A stretch of 64,000 nucleotides of DNA from contig OZ024751.1 of assembly GCA_964016885.1 (NCBI GenBank), forward strand, positions 35,030,001 to 35,094,000, in the 5' to 3' direction. A program made the translations under genes and the position numbers. This stretch comes from Eledone cirrhosa. Taxonomy: Eukaryota. Below, piece by piece: positions 9,820 to 24,585 of the stretch (its first letter is position 1; each line of letters begins with the position of its first letter). The notes below the pieces were generated by a model. It was not told where the DNA came from. It searched no databases and saw only the letters and a program-made list of their open reading frames with translations.

Positions 9820-11775
9820 TCATAACGGTACGCGATGGGACCCACCCACAGCCCCGGCGGACAGAATGGAGAAGGCGTTTCCCCGGAGCACGGCAAGGGA
9901 GACGCGCTGGAAAAGCCACTCCAACTCGCGGGGCTCACACCTGCGGCTGGCCAGCTCAGCGCCTATGGTGGTGAGTAAGGAGGTAGCCCTGGGGCCGAGG
10001 ACACCAGAAGTCTCCACTTCCAGGGGTACGACCGCAAACCTGTCGGAGAGTGAACGATATGTGAGGAGTTTGGCCCCCTCAGCCTGACGTGCAGCAGAAC
10101 CTGGGCCAGTCGCAGACTGCACCAGGTTGCGGCTGCAGAAAGTGTCGGTGCAAGTGGCATCCCAGACGAGGGGTTTGCCACCGCGGAACGGGAAGATGGT
10201 CATGCCATCTAGCCTTTTGCCGTCCCCTCGAGCTGGGAAGGGAAGCCTGCAGCGTCCAAGCCATGCTTAATGACTTCGTTGAGGGCAGCATGGCGTGGAT
10301 TGCGGGTGGAGGCCGAAAGAGTTCATGGTGGAACGGCAGCGACATTGGTGTGAGGCCGAGCCTCAGGGAAACGCCGATGCGCAAGCTATTGTCGTCTAGC
10401 TGCGTGCGAGTGGAGAAGGAGGGCAGGGCATGGAGCCAGGCCCCACTGTGGGGTTTGGAGGCTGCACGAAAACAAACAAGGCGGTGCTGGTCGAGCTGGC
10501 ACGTGAGCCTGTCTGAGGCCAGGCTGCACTGGATGGCATCCCAAGTGTGTTGGGGGGGACTTGACGTCAACAGGGGGAGAAGGAGGAGGAACGTCTACTG
10601 GGCTAAGTCCCAGCCGGTGCCACGTCTCACAGGCGGCCACGCGTTCTCTGAACACAGAGGGTTCTGTTGTGTTTTGAAGAACCCTGCTGAAGAGGACGTG
10701 GTACGAGGTTACCGACGAAAGATATGCCGGCAAAGCTAGTGAGATCGGGGACTGGAGGCGAAGGCCGCCATACCTGACAGGTAAAGTTGCATATCTCATC
10801 GGCTGCTGCTCGGATACAAGTTTAGGTGTAGCACAGAGTGTATAGAGGAGCTTCGGCATGGCGTAGCAGTTCCTCAGCAGAAAGAGAACTGGGTGGCCAT
10901 CAATCAAGCCCAGTCGGCTCGTGAGAGTCTGGACTTGATGGAGGAGCGGATGGCCGGCGGGTGGATCGGTGAGGGGGTCACCTGAACCTGGCGGAGAATG
11001 GACCGCACGTCCAAGACGGAGACTGCAAAGCTTGCAGTATCGAGGCTGACATTCACCACCTCCGACTTGGCTGAGTTGACCTGGAGGTCGATTCCCGCCA
11101 GGGCAGGAACCACCGATTGAAGGTCATGGCAGATCGCCTGTACGGGCCCACCCAAAGTAGCATCATCCAGATACCAAACGTTGAGAGGGGCCGTTATACT
11201 CCAGGCGATGTGGTCAATACCAAGGGTGAACAGGAGGGGTCCCAAAGGGTTGCCCTGTTGGATCCCAGTAGCCAAGGGTATGACCGTATCAGCAGCATGG
11301 CGCATGCTTGGGGCTCCATATGACAGGTAGGCAGAGGGGGCTCGGCTGAGGCAGGCCTCGAGCAGATGATCCCAGCGTAAAGAGTTGAAGGCATTCCTCA
11401 TGTCAAACTTGACAATGAGGTGGCTGGAGTCCCTGGATGCCGGTTCCGAGTGTTACGGACTTGCAGATTACCTTGGCAGCCAGCCTCCGGAAGACATTGC
11501 CCACAGCAATGGGGCGTATGCCATCCTCTTTCTTCCTGAGAGCGGTGAGGCTGGCCGAAAAAAAGAGGCCTCGAGCATAAGAGTCCAGGGCGCCATGGAT
11601 GAGCCTATTGGTGAGCGCCACAATTGCACTCAGAAGGCGGCGCCCGGCCTCAGCGGAGAGGGGAGATATCAACTCCTTGAGGAGGCCTGGTCAGAGACCA
11701 TCAACATCTCCGCAGCTGCTAGCTGGGAAGGACCTGATGGCGGACATGATGTCTGCATCAGAAGCCACAAGGAGC
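9820..11775 (-). mobile_element. Decayed CRE-clade element, monomer B
   Basis: Same motifs; extra 26-nt, ~13-nt and 35-nt deletions relative to A. Confidence 0.88.
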
Positions 11776-12424
11776 AAGTGTGGATTACAATACAAAACCT
11801 CTGAGAATGATTTCTAAGATATTTCACCATAATTAATTTTCATCAATATATATTAATATTATTATTGTTTATTAGGTCAGGTGGATTGGCCAGAACAATT
11901 CTACTCTTCTTTTTTAGATGTCACGATTTTTCATGGCATTCCTGAGATCATTAATCTCCAGCTGGAGATCCAGAGACATCTGATGTATGTAGGTGAACCT
12001 CAGTCATCCCACTTGGCTCTTACTATGTTTAGGTATCAACCACAGGAGCCAGCTCATCAGGTCATCCTACCCTCAGCAGCAATGTCCAGCATCTATTGAT
12101 TTCCGCTCCCTAGTTATTGTGGTAATCTTCGATATCTGGGAATATATTTCTTCTGCTTAAGGGAGTAATAAATATATAGTTTTAAAAAAAACATATATAT
12201 ACACACACATATATATATGTTGTCATTTATAAGAGCTCTCTATCAAAAGCCTTCTCTATGTCCAAAGCTAAGTATAGTGGCTTATTTTTCTCTAAGAACC
12301 TCTTTTGTAGTTGTCTCACTAAGAAGAGGGCATCTGTTGCACTTTTCAGCGGCACAAAACCAAACTGCATCTCATACACATACATACATATACATACATA
12401 CATACATATACACATACATACATA

Positions 12425-12780
12425 CATCATCATCATCATCATCATCATCATTTCGTTTTAAGTCCGCTTTTTCCCTGCTTGCAAATGTGGGACGGGAACT
12501 GATTCTAGCTTGATTTCTACAGCTGGATGCCCTTCCTAACACCAACCTCATTTACAGTGAGTGCTGGGTGCTTTTTTGCCGTGGCACCTCCACGACCACT
12601 TTGCAGTGGAATGATATGGACCCCAGTCCCTATCATCTCATTTCTACAGCTGAGTAAACTGGAGCAATGTGAAATAAAGTGTCTTGCTCAAGGAAACAAC
12701 ACATCACCCGGTCTGAGAATTGAACTCACAACCTTTCGATTGCCAGGCCAATGCTCGAACCACTAAGCCATGTGCCTCCA
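12425..12780 (-). mobile_element. tRNA-CORE SINE copy
   Basis: Copy of 6504-6859. Confidence 0.85.
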
Positions 12781-13275
12781 TATACATATACATATACATA
12801 CACATACATATACATATACATACATATATATATACATACATAGATATATACACATACATACATACATACACATACATACACATATACATACATATATATA
12901 CATACATACACATACATAGATATATATATATAAATATACATACATACACATACATAAGCATATACACATAAGTATATATACATATACACACGTATATATA
13001 CATATACATACATACATATATACACATACATACATATATACATAAATACACACATATACATACACATACATACATATACATACATATACACATACATACA
13101 TATATATATATACGTACACACACATATATACATACACACACATATATACAAACACATACATATACACATATATACACATACATACACATACATATACATA
13201 CATATACACATATACACTCATATATACATATACATACATACACACACATACATACATATATACATATACATACAT

Positions 13276-13823
13276 AAAGACAAATCCACCTCATGGACGA
13301 GAATGCAAGGGCTCCTCCTCTTTGTTTCGGCCGCGGATGGCTAACCCTAACCCCATCCCCCCTCCCCACCGCTCCCAACCTCCAAACGCAATCCAAAACT
13401 TCAGAGTTGGTACCATTAATGTAGGCACCTTATAGGGTGGCTCTAACGAGGTTGTAGAAATGCTTGAACGTAAGGAGGTCGATGTTTGTTGTATTCAAGA
13501 GACCAGGTGGAGGGGTGGGTCTGCTAGATTCATCGTGGGTAAAGAACGATGCTATAAGCTTTTCTGTGTGGCAAATGACAATGGGCTGGGTATACACATA
13601 CCACCCCACCGCCCCACCGCAAAGTGGTCGTGGAGGGGCCGCGGCCAAAAAGCACCCAGCCCACACTGTAAAGCTGACGTGGAGGTGCCACGGAAAAAAA
13701 AAAGCACCCAGCACTCACTGCAAACGGGGTTGGCGTCAGGAAGGGCACCCAGCTGTAGAAACCAATCCAGAATCAGCTCCCACCCCACCCTTGCAAGCAT
13801 GGAAAAGCGGACGTATGATGAAG
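13276..13823 (+). mobile_element. Bipartite RTE derivative copy
   Basis: Copy of 7364-7919. Confidence 0.82.
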
Positions 13824-13824
13824 T

Positions 13825-13871
<47 letters not shown>

Positions 13872-15718
13872 TATATATATACACATATATATATACACAC
13901 ATATATATCAGTGTACATATATATATACATATATATATATATATAAATGAATATTTATTCAATTTAAAGCGCCAATTATCTATATATAACAAGATATGAA
14001 TTTTTCTAGGGATGGGGAAATTTTCAGTTTGTTTTTATATTTTCACTTCATTTTTTACTTTCTATTTAATACAGTCTTTGATCCAATATAATCCTGACAG
14101 TATTTGAACCAGTTTACCTCATATATATGTATGCACACACAACACTCAAGTTTCGCCATCTACTGCTATTTCATTCATATTTATTGTTTAATTAACTCTG
14201 GTCTAATTCATCAACTATTGTTAATTATATTATTACGTAGATTTCTTATAAAATCTAGTGCATATATACGTGTATATATACAGGGAGACACTGTAATAGA
14301 TGTAAAGAGAGTGGGAGATAGAGTTATAGAAGTAAAGAGAGGGGGAGAAATAAGCGGTAGATAGAGTAATAGATGTAAAGAGAGGGTTAGAACGTTCAAC
14401 TTGACAGTCAGTACAATGTTCAGCATGGTAGCCAGTACATATGCCAACTACCCAACCGGCCAGCCAGCCGCATATGCGGTTGACTGGCCAGTGGGGCGGG
14501 TGGTATGTGGAACGTTCAACTACGCAGTCAGTACCAAAGTTCAACATTGTAGCCAGTGCATATGCCGATCGCCGCGCCCTCTTTGCTCTATTTTAATGAC
14601 CTGGAACTAAGTAAAAAGAGTAGGAGATAACTCGACAAGAGCGGAGAGGGTGAGATTCGAACCATGTAAAGTCGTTGGCTCCTGAAGTTCGTAAGCGGGG
14701 CTGCTACTGACTGAGCAGCGCCGGCAGCAAGGCAAATCGCGCATAAAATAACGCTTATATCGACAAAAAAAAAAAAAAAATTTCAATGTTGCACTCTTGT
14801 TTGTTGTTCTTTTATTTTACGTAAACATTTCGCTGCTCTAGCCTCTTATTTCCTATTAGATTACACTTAATTCCATTAAACATTCATTCTTAGTCTCGTG
14901 GTAAACTATTTCATCTATATTTATATCGCTGTTACAGCCTTTTATTTCTACATCTATCACCTATAGCCACTGTTACGCCGGTAGTATAAGTAGCTTTATA
15001 ACAAGAAACGATGATATAACTCCATAAAATGTCTTCTTCAGCAAGACACTTCACTTCATATTGCTCCAGTACACCGAGTTACACATAGACAGATACATAC
15101 ATACATACACAGATAGAAATGAGAGGTAGATAGAGTAAAAGATTTAAAGAGAGTGTGAGAAGTACGAGTTAGATAGTGTAAAAGATTTAAAGAGAGGGTG
15201 AGAGTGTGACACACATTTATCTGTCTATCTCTCTCTATTTTAACACCGGTCGTTATAATTAGTTTTATAACACCGCTATATTACCGACATGAAAGAGGTA
15301 AATAATTATTTCTTAAATGTTTAGAACATGTTTCTCTTGTCTTCTTAAATGTATAGAACATGTTTCTTATTTATATTCTTAACATAGCTAGGACCTTATC
15401 TCATTTACTGGTCTCTACTTTTAGGACTTTGCTGGTCCCATGTGCCCTCCATAAAGGCACTCTAGTCCCTTCTCTGAGGCCCCGTACTAATTACTACACA
15501 TACGTATATATATTTATTTTAAGAAACCTTAATGACAAATAATATAAAGTGTTTGTAAAGTGGGGAAGAGTAGTTTTACGGTGGGGTTGTTATATAGATA
15601 TCGTTTTTGCAGTGGGGTCGTGACTGGCGTATAATAATGAGTCACTGTTGATGTATATACAAATCATGTTTTGGATATAAGTGAAGTTATTTAAGAGATT
15701 TAGTTGTTTTGTATACAT

Positions 15719-17715
15719 TCATAACGGTACGCGATGGGACCCGCCCACAACCCCGGCGGACAGAATGGAGAAGGCGTTTCCCCGGAGCACCGCAAGGGAG
15801 ACGCGCTGGAAAAGCCACTCCAACTCGCGGGGCTCACACCTGCGGCTGGCCAGCTCAGCGCCTATGGTGGTGAGTAAGGAGGTAGCCCTGGGGCCGAGGA
15901 CACCAGAAGTCTCCACTTCCAGGGGTACGACCGCAAACCTGTCGGAGAGTGAACGATATGTGAGGAGTTTGGCCCCCTCAGCCTGACGTGCAGCAGAACC
16001 TGGGCCAGTCGCAGACTGCACCAGGTTGCGGCTGCAGAAAGTGTCGGTGCAAGTGGCATCCCAGACGAGGGGTTTGCCACCGCGGAACGGGAAGATGGTC
16101 ATGCCATCTAGCCTTTTGCCGTCCCCTCGAGCTGGGAAGGGAAGCCTGCAGCGTCCAAGCCATGCTTAATGACTTCGTTGAGGGCAGCATGGCGTGGATT
16201 GCGGCTGGCACTGTGGCGACAGGAAAGCGGGTGGAGGCCGAAAGAGTCCATGGTGGAACGGCAGCGACATTGGTGTGAGGCCGAGCCTCAGGGAAACGCC
16301 GATGCGCAAGCTATTGTTGTCTAGCTGCGTGCGAGTGGAGAAGGAGGGCAGGGCATGGAGCCAGGCCCCACTGTGGGGTTTGGAGGCTGCACGAAAACAA
16401 ACAAGGCGGTGCTGGTCGAGCTGGCGCATGAGCCTGTCTGAGGCCAGGCTGCACTGGATGGCATCCCAAGTGTGTTGGGGGGGACCTGACGTCAACAGGG
16501 GGAGAAGGAGGAGGAACGTCTACTGGGCTAAGTCCCAGCCGGTCCCACGTCTCACAGGCGGCCACGCGTTCTCTGAACACAGAGGGTTCTGTTGTGTTTT
16601 GAAGAACCCTGCTGAGGAGGACGTGGTACGAGGTTACCGACGAAAGATATGCCGGCAAAGCTAGTGAGATCGGGGACTGGAGGCGAAGGCCGCCATACCT
16701 GACAGGTAAAGTTGCATATCTCATCGGCTGCTGCTCGGATACAAGTTTAGGTGTAGCACAGAGTGTATAGAGGAGCTTCGGCATGGCGTAGCAGTTCCTC
16801 AGCAGAAAGAGAACTGGGTGGCCATCAATCAAGCCCAGTCGGCTCGTGAGAGTCTGGACTTGATGGAGGAGCGGATGGCCGGCGGGTGGATCGGTGAGGG
16901 CATCCTCTTTGGGGGGGTCACCTGAACCTGGCGGAGAATGGACCGCACGTCCAAGACGGAGACTGCAAAGCTTGCAGCATCGAGGCTGACATTCACCACC
17001 TCCGACTTGGCTGAGTTGACCTGGAGGTCGATTCCCGCCAGGGCAGGAACCACCGATTGAAGGTCATGGCAGACCGCCTGTACGGGCCCACCCAAAGTAG
17101 CATCATCCAGATACCAAACGTTGAGAGGGGCCGTTATACTCCAGGCGATGTGGTCAATACCAAGGGTGAACAGGAGGGGTCCCAAAGGGTTGCCCTGTTG
17201 GATCCCAGTAGCCAAGGGTATGACCGTATCAGCAGCATGGCGCATGCTTGGGGCTCCATATGACAGGTAGGCAGAGGGGGCTCGGCTGAGGCAGGCCTCG
17301 AGCAGATGATCCCAGCGTAAAGAGTTGAAGGCATTCCTCATGTCAAACTTGACAATGAGGTGGCTGGAGGCCCTGGATGCCAGTTCCGAGTGTTACGGAC
17401 TTGCAGATTACCTTGGCAGCCAGCCTCCGGAAGACATTGCCCACAGCAATGGGGCGTATGCCATCCTCTTTCTTCCTGAGAGCGGTGAGGCTGGCCGAAA
17501 AAAAGAGGCCTCGAGCATAAGAGTCCAGGGCGCCATGGATGAGCCTATTGGTGAGCGCCACAATTGCACTCAGAAGGCGGCGCCCGGCCTCAGCGGAGAG
17601 GGGAGATATCAACTCCTTGAGGAGGCCTGGTCAGAGACCATCAACATCTCCGCAGCTGCTAGCTGGGAAGGACTTGATGGCGGACATGATGTCTGCATCA
17701 GAAGCCACAAGGAGC
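15719..17715 (-). mobile_element. Decayed CRE-clade element, monomer C
   Basis: Same motifs; retains the knuckle segment. Confidence 0.88.
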
Positions 17716-18364
17716 AAGTGTGGATTACAATACAAAACCTCTGAGAATGATTTCTAAGATATTTCACCATAATTAATTTTCATCAATATATATTAATATT
17801 ATTATTGTTTATTAGGTCAGGTGGATTGGCCAGAACAATTCTACTCTTCTTTTTTAGATGTCACGATTTTTCATGGCATTCCTGAGATCATTAATCTCCA
17901 GCTGGAGATCCAGAGACATCTGATGTATGTAGGTGAACCTCAGTCATCCCACTTGGGTCTTACTATGTTTAGGTATCCACCACAGGAGCCAGCTCATCAG
18001 GTCATCCTACCCTCAGCAGCAATGTCCAGCATCTATTGATTTCCGCTCCCTAGTTATTGTGGTAATCTTCGATATCTGGGAATATATTTCTTCTGCTTAA
18101 GGGAGTAATAAATATATAGTTTTAAAAAAAACATATATATACACACACATATATATATGTTGTCATTTATAAGAGTTCTCTATCAAAAGCCTTCTCTATG
18201 TCCAAAGCTAAGTATAGTGGCTTATTTTTCTCTAAGAACCTCTTTTGTAGTTGTCTCACTAAGAAGAGGGCATCTGTTGCACTTTTCAGCGGCACAAAAC
18301 CAAACTGCATCTCATACACATACATACATATACATACATACATACATATACACATACATACATA

Positions 18365-18720
18365 CATCATCATCATCATCATCATCATCATTTCGTTTTA
18401 AGTCCGCTTTTTCCCTGCTTGCAAGGGTGGGACGGGAACTGATTCTGGCTTGATTTCTACAGCTGGATGCCCTTCCTAACACCAACCTCATTTACAGTGA
18501 GTGCTGAGTGCTGTTTTGCCGTGGCACCTCCACGACCACTTTGCAGTGGAATGATATGGACCCCAGTCCCTATCATCTCATTTCTACAGCTGAGTAAACT
18601 GGAGCAATGTGAAATAAAGTGTCTTGCTCAAGGAAACAACACATCACCCGGTCTGAGAATTGAACTCACAACCTTTCGATTGCCAGGCCAATGCTCGAAC
18701 CACTAAGCCATGTACCTACA
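18365..18720 (-). mobile_element. tRNA-CORE SINE copy
   Basis: Copy of 6504-6859 with an altered 5' tip. Confidence 0.85.
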
Positions 18721-19210
18721 TATACATATACATACACATACATATACATACATATATATATACATACATACATATATACACATACATACATACACATACA
18801 TACACATATACATACATATATATACATACATACACATACATAGATATATATATATACATAATATAAATATACATACATACACATACATAAGCATATACAC
18901 ATAAGTATATATACATATACACACGTATATATACATATACATACATACATATATACACATACATACATATATACATACATACACACATATACATACATAT
19001 ATACATATACACATACATACATATACATACATACATATATATATATACATACACACACATATATACATACACACACATATATACAAACACATACATATAC
19101 ACATATATACACATACATACACATACATATACATACATATACACATATACACTCATATATACATATACATACATACACACACATACATACATATATACAT
19201 ATACATACAT

Positions 19211-19758
19211 AAAGACAAATCCACCTCATGGACGAGAATGCAAGGGCTCCTCCTCTTTGTTTCGGCCGCGGATGGCTAACCCTAACCCCATCCCCGCTCC
19301 CCACCGCTCCCAACCTCCAAACGCAATCCAAAACTTCAGAGTTGGTACCATTAATGTAGGCACCTTATAGGGTGGCTCTAACGAGGTTGTAGAAATGCTT
19401 GAACGTAAGGAGGTCGATGTTTGTTGTATTCAAGAGACCAGGTGGAGGGGTGGGTCTGCTAGATTCATCGTGGGTAAAGAACGATGCTATACGCTTTTCT
19501 GTGTGGCAAATGACAATGGGCTGGGTATACACATACCACCCCACCGCCCCACCGCAAAGTGGTCGTGGAGGCGCCGCGGCAAAAAAGCACCCAGCCCACA
19601 CTGTAAAGCTGACGTGGAGGTGCCACGGAAAAAAAAAAGCACCCAGCACTCACTGCAAACGGGGTTGGCGTCAGGAAGGGCACCCAGCTGTAGAAACCAA
19701 TCCAGAATCAGCTCCCACCCCACCCTTGCAAGCATGGAAAAGCGGACGTATGATGAAG
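19211..19758 (+). mobile_element. Bipartite RTE derivative copy
   Basis: Copy of 7364-7919. Confidence 0.82.
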
Positions 19759-19759
19759 T

Positions 19760-19826
<67 letters not shown>

Positions 19827-21676
19827 TATATATATACACATATATATATACACACATATATATCAGTGTACATATATATATACATATATATATATATATA
19901 AATGAATATTTATTCAATTTAAAGCGCCAATTATCTATATATAACAAGATATGAATTTTTCTAGGGATGGGGAAATTTTCAGTTTGTTTTTATATTTTCA
20001 CTTCATTTTTTACTTTCTATTTAATACAGTCTTTGATCCAATATAATCCTGACAGTATTTGAACCAGTTTACCTCATATATATGTATGCACACACAACAC
20101 TCAAGTTTCGCCATCTACTGCTATTTCATTCATATTTATTGTTTAATTAACTCTGGTCTAATTCATCAACTATTGTTAATTATATTATTACGTAGATTTC
20201 TTATAAAATCTAGTGCATATATACGTGTATATATACAGGGAGACACTGTAATAGATGTAAAGAGAGTGGGAGATAGAGTTATAGAAGTAAAGAGAGGGGG
20301 AGAAATAAGCGGTAGATAGAGTAATAGATGTAAAGAGAGGGTTAGAACGTTCAACTTGACAGTCAGTACAATGTTCAGCATGGTAGCCAGTACATATGCC
20401 AACTACCCAACCGGCCAGCCAGCCGCATATGCGGTTGACTGGCCAGTGGGGCGGGTGGTATGTGGAACGTTCAACTACGCAGTCAGTACCAAAGTTCAAC
20501 ATTGTAGCCAGTGCATATGCCGATCGCCGCGCCCTCTTTGCTCTATTTTAATGACCTGGAACTAAGTAAAAAGAGTAGGAGATAACTCGACAAGAGCGGA
20601 GAGGGTGAGATTCTAACCATGTAAAGTCGTTGGCTCCTGAACTTCGTAAGCGGGGCTGCTACTGACTGAGCAGCGCCGGCAGCAAGGCAAATCGCGCATA
20701 AAATAACGCTTATATCGACAAAAAAAAAAAAAAAAATTTCAATGTTGCACTCTTGTTTGTTGTTCTTTTAGTTTACGTAAACATTTCGCTGCTCTAGCCT
20801 CTTATTTCCTATTAGATTACACTTAATTCCATTAAACATTCATTCTTAGTCTCGTGGTAAACTATTTCATCTATATTTATATCGCTGTTACAGCCTTTTA
20901 TTTCTACATCTATCACCTATAGCCACTGTTACGCCGGTAGTATAAGTAGCTTTATAACAAGAAACGATGATATAACTCCACAAAATGTCTTCTTGAGCAA
21001 GACACTTCACTTCATATTGCTCCAGTACACCGAGTTACACATAGACAGATACATACATACATACACAGATAGAAATGAGAGGTAGATAGAGTAAAAGATT
21101 TAAAGAGAGTGTGAGAAGTACGAGTTAGATAGTGTAAAAGATTTAAAGAGAGGGTGAGAGTGTGACACACATTTATCTGTCTATCTCTCTCTATTTTAAC
21201 ACCGGTCGTTATAATTAGTTTTATAACACCGCTATATTACCGACATGAAAGAGGTAAATAATTATTTCTTAAATGTTTAGAACATGTTTCTCTTGTCTTC
21301 TTAAATGTATAGAACATGTTTCTTATTTATATTCTTAACATAGCTAGGACCTTATCTCATTTACTGGTCTCTACTTTTAGGGCTTTGCTGGTCCCATGTG
21401 CCCTCCATGAAGACACACTCGCCCCTTCTCTCTCAGTCTCCGTACTAATTACTACACATACGTATATATATTTATTTTAAGAAACCTTAATGACAAATAA
21501 TATAAAGTGTTTGTAAAGTGGGGAAGAGTAGTTTTACGGTGGGGTTGTTATATAGATATCGTTTTTGCAGTGGGGTCGTGACTGGCGTATAATAATGAGT
21601 CACTGTTGATGTATATACAAATCATGTTTTGGATATAAGTGAAGTTATTTAAGAGATTTAGTTGTTTTGTATACAT

Positions 21677-23646
21677 TCATAACGGTACGCGATGGGACCC
21701 ACCCACAGCCCCGGCGGACAGAATGGAGAAGGCGTTTCCCCGGAGCACGGCAAGGGAGACGCGCTGGAAAAGCCACTCCAACTCGCGGGGCTCACACCTG
21801 CGGCTGGCCAGCTCAGCGCCTATGGTGGTGAGTAAGGAGGTAGCCCTGGGGCCGAGGACACCAGAAGTCTCCACTTCCAGGGGTACGACCGCAAACCTGT
21901 CGGAGAGTGAACGATATGTGAGGAGTTTGGCCCCCTCAGCCTGACGTGCAGCAGAACCTGGGCCAGTCGCAGACTGCACCAGGTTGCGGCTGCAGAAAGT
22001 GTCGGTGCAAGTGGCATCCCAGACGAGGGGTTTGCCACCGCGGAACGGGAAGATGGTCATGCCATCTAGCCTTTTGCCGTCCCCTCGAGCTGGGAAGGGA
22101 AGCCTGCAGCGTCCAAGCCATGCTTAATGACTTCGTTGAGGGCAGCATGGCGTGGATTGCGGGTGGAGGCCGAAAGAGTCCATGGTGGAACGGCAGCGAC
22201 ATTGGTGTGAGGCCGAGCCTCAGGGAAACGCCGATGCGCAAGCTATTGTCGTCTAGCTGCGTGCGAGTGGAGAAGGAGGGCAGGGCATGGAGCCAGGCCC
22301 CACTGTGGGGTTTGGAGGCTGCACGAAAACAAACAAGGCGGTGCTGGTCGAGCTGGCACGTGAGCCTGTCTGAGGCCAGGCTGCACTGGATGGCATCCCA
22401 AGTGTGTTGGGGGGGACTTGACGTCAACAGGGGGAGAAGGAGGAGGAACGTCTACTGGGCTAAGTCCCAGCCGGTCCCACGTCTCACAGGCGGCCACGCG
22501 TTCTCTGAACACAGAGGGTTCTGTTGTGTTTTGAAGAACCCTGCTGAAGAGGACGTGGTACGAGGTTACCGACGAAAGATATGCCGGCAAAGCTAGTGAG
22601 ATCGGGGACTGGAGGCGAAGGCCGCCATACCTGACAGGTAAAGTTGCATATCTCATCGGCTGCTGCTCGGATACAAGTTTAGGTGTAGCACAGAGTGTAT
22701 AGAGGAGCTTCGGCATGGCGTAGCAGTTCCTCAGCAGAAAGAGAACTGGCTGGCCATCAATCAAGCCCAGTCGGCTCGTGAGAGTCTGGACTTGATGGAG
22801 GAGCGGATGGCCGGCGGGTGGATCGGTGAGGGCATCCTCTTTGGGGGGTCACCTGAACCTGGCGGAGAATGGACCGCACGTCCAAGACGGAGACTGCAAA
22901 GCTTGCAGCATCGAGGCTGACATTCACCACCTCCGACTTGGCTGAGTTGACCTGGAGGTCGATTCCCGCCAGGGCAGGAACCACCGATTGAAGGTCATGG
23001 CAGACCGCCTGTACGGGCCCACCCAAAGTAGCATCATCCAGATACCAAACGTTGAGAGGGGCCGTTATACTCCAGGCGATGTGGTCAATACCAAGGGTGA
23101 ACAGGAGGGGTCCCAAAGGGTTGCCCTGTTGGATCCCAGTAGCCAAGGGTATGACCGTATCAGCAGCATGGCGCATGCTTGGGGCTCCATATGACAGGTA
23201 GGCAGAGGGGGCTCGGCTGAGGCAGGCCTCGAGCAGATGATCCCAGCGTAAAGAGTTGAAGGCATTCCTCATGTCAAACTTGACAATGAGGTGGCTGGAG
23301 GCCCTGGATGCCGGTTCCGAGTGTTACGGACTTGCAGATTACCTTGGCAGCCAGCCTCCGGAAGACATTGCCCACAGCAATGGGGCGTATGCCATCCTCT
23401 TTCTTCCTGAGAGCGGTGAGGCTGGCCGAAAAAAAGAGGCCTCGAGCATAAGAGTCCAGGGCGCCATGGATGAGCCTATTGGTGAGCGCCACAATTGCAC
23501 TCAGAAGGCGGCGCCCGGCCTCAGCGGAGAGGGGAGATATCAACTCCTTGAGGAGGCCTGGTCAGAGACCATCAACATCTCCGCAGCTGCTAGCTGGGAA
23601 GGACCTGATGGCGGACATGATGTCTGCATCAGAAGCCACAAGGAGC
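21677..23646 (-). mobile_element. Decayed CRE-clade element, monomer D
   Basis: Same motifs; 26-nt knuckle deletion. Confidence 0.88.
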
Positions 23647-24585
23647 AAGTGTGGATTACAATACAAAACCTCTGAGAATGATTTCTAAGATATTTCACCA
23701 TAATTAATTTTCATCAATATATATTAATATTATTATTGTTTATTAGGTCAGGTGGATTGGCCAGAACAATTCTACTCTTCTTTTTTAGATGTCACGATTT
23801 TTCATGGCATTCCTGAGATCATTAATCTCCAGCTGGAGATCCAGAGACATCTGATGTATGTAGGTGAACCTCAGTCATCCCACTTGGCTCTTACTATGTT
23901 TAGGTATCCACCACAGGAGCCAGCTCATCAGGTCATCCTACCCTCAGCAGCAATGTCCAGCATCTATTGATTTCCGCTCCCTAGTTATTGTGGTAATCTT
24001 CGATATCTGGGAATATATTTCTTCTGCTTAAGGGAGTAATAAATATATAGTTTTAAAAAAAACATATATATACACACACATATATATATGTTGTCATTTA
24101 TAAGAGTTCTCTATCAAAAGCCTTCTCTATGTCCAAAGCTAAGTATAGTGGCTTATTTTTCTCTAAGAACCTCTTTTGTAGTTGTCTCACTAAGAAGAGG
24201 GCATCTGTTGCACTTTTCAGCGGCTTAATTAATTAATGAGGTTTAATTAATGAGGAATTTTGAGGTATTTATAACAATTATTAATTATTTCATTACTGAG
24301 ATATCATTTGAAGGACTTACTAATGTTTTTATTTATTAATTATTTTATTAGTAACTTAACATGTGGTTCTTGTATAAAATTATGTTGGAAGATTTTAGGA
24401 AGATGCTATGTAGCCGGTCGCGGTAAAATAGACGCCCAGGCTATGTAGCCGGTAAGAGTGTCAGACTCCATGTGTTGCGGCCCTTTATGGTCTGAGTTAA
24501 GACAATTTAAAATCTTTTCCACCATCAATTGTTAAAAAACAAGTTAAAATCATTTTGTCGTCCATTTGTAACGTACGTTACACTT

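Larger units (their letters stand above)
1601..24224. repeat. Tandem array of ~5.9 kb composite monomers (unit 1)
   Basis: CRE endonuclease ORF at 3857, 9820, 15719, 21677: periods 5963, 5899, 5958 bp. Confidence 0.95.

Noticed and set aside
10089-10739. 216-aa plus-strand ORF
   Set aside because: Antisense shadow of GC-rich CRE sequence; its length depends on monomer-specific indels.
11881-12099. 72-aa plus-strand ORF in B-D monomers
   Set aside because: Antisense to a LINE 3' fragment, non-ATG start, and interrupted by a stop in type A.
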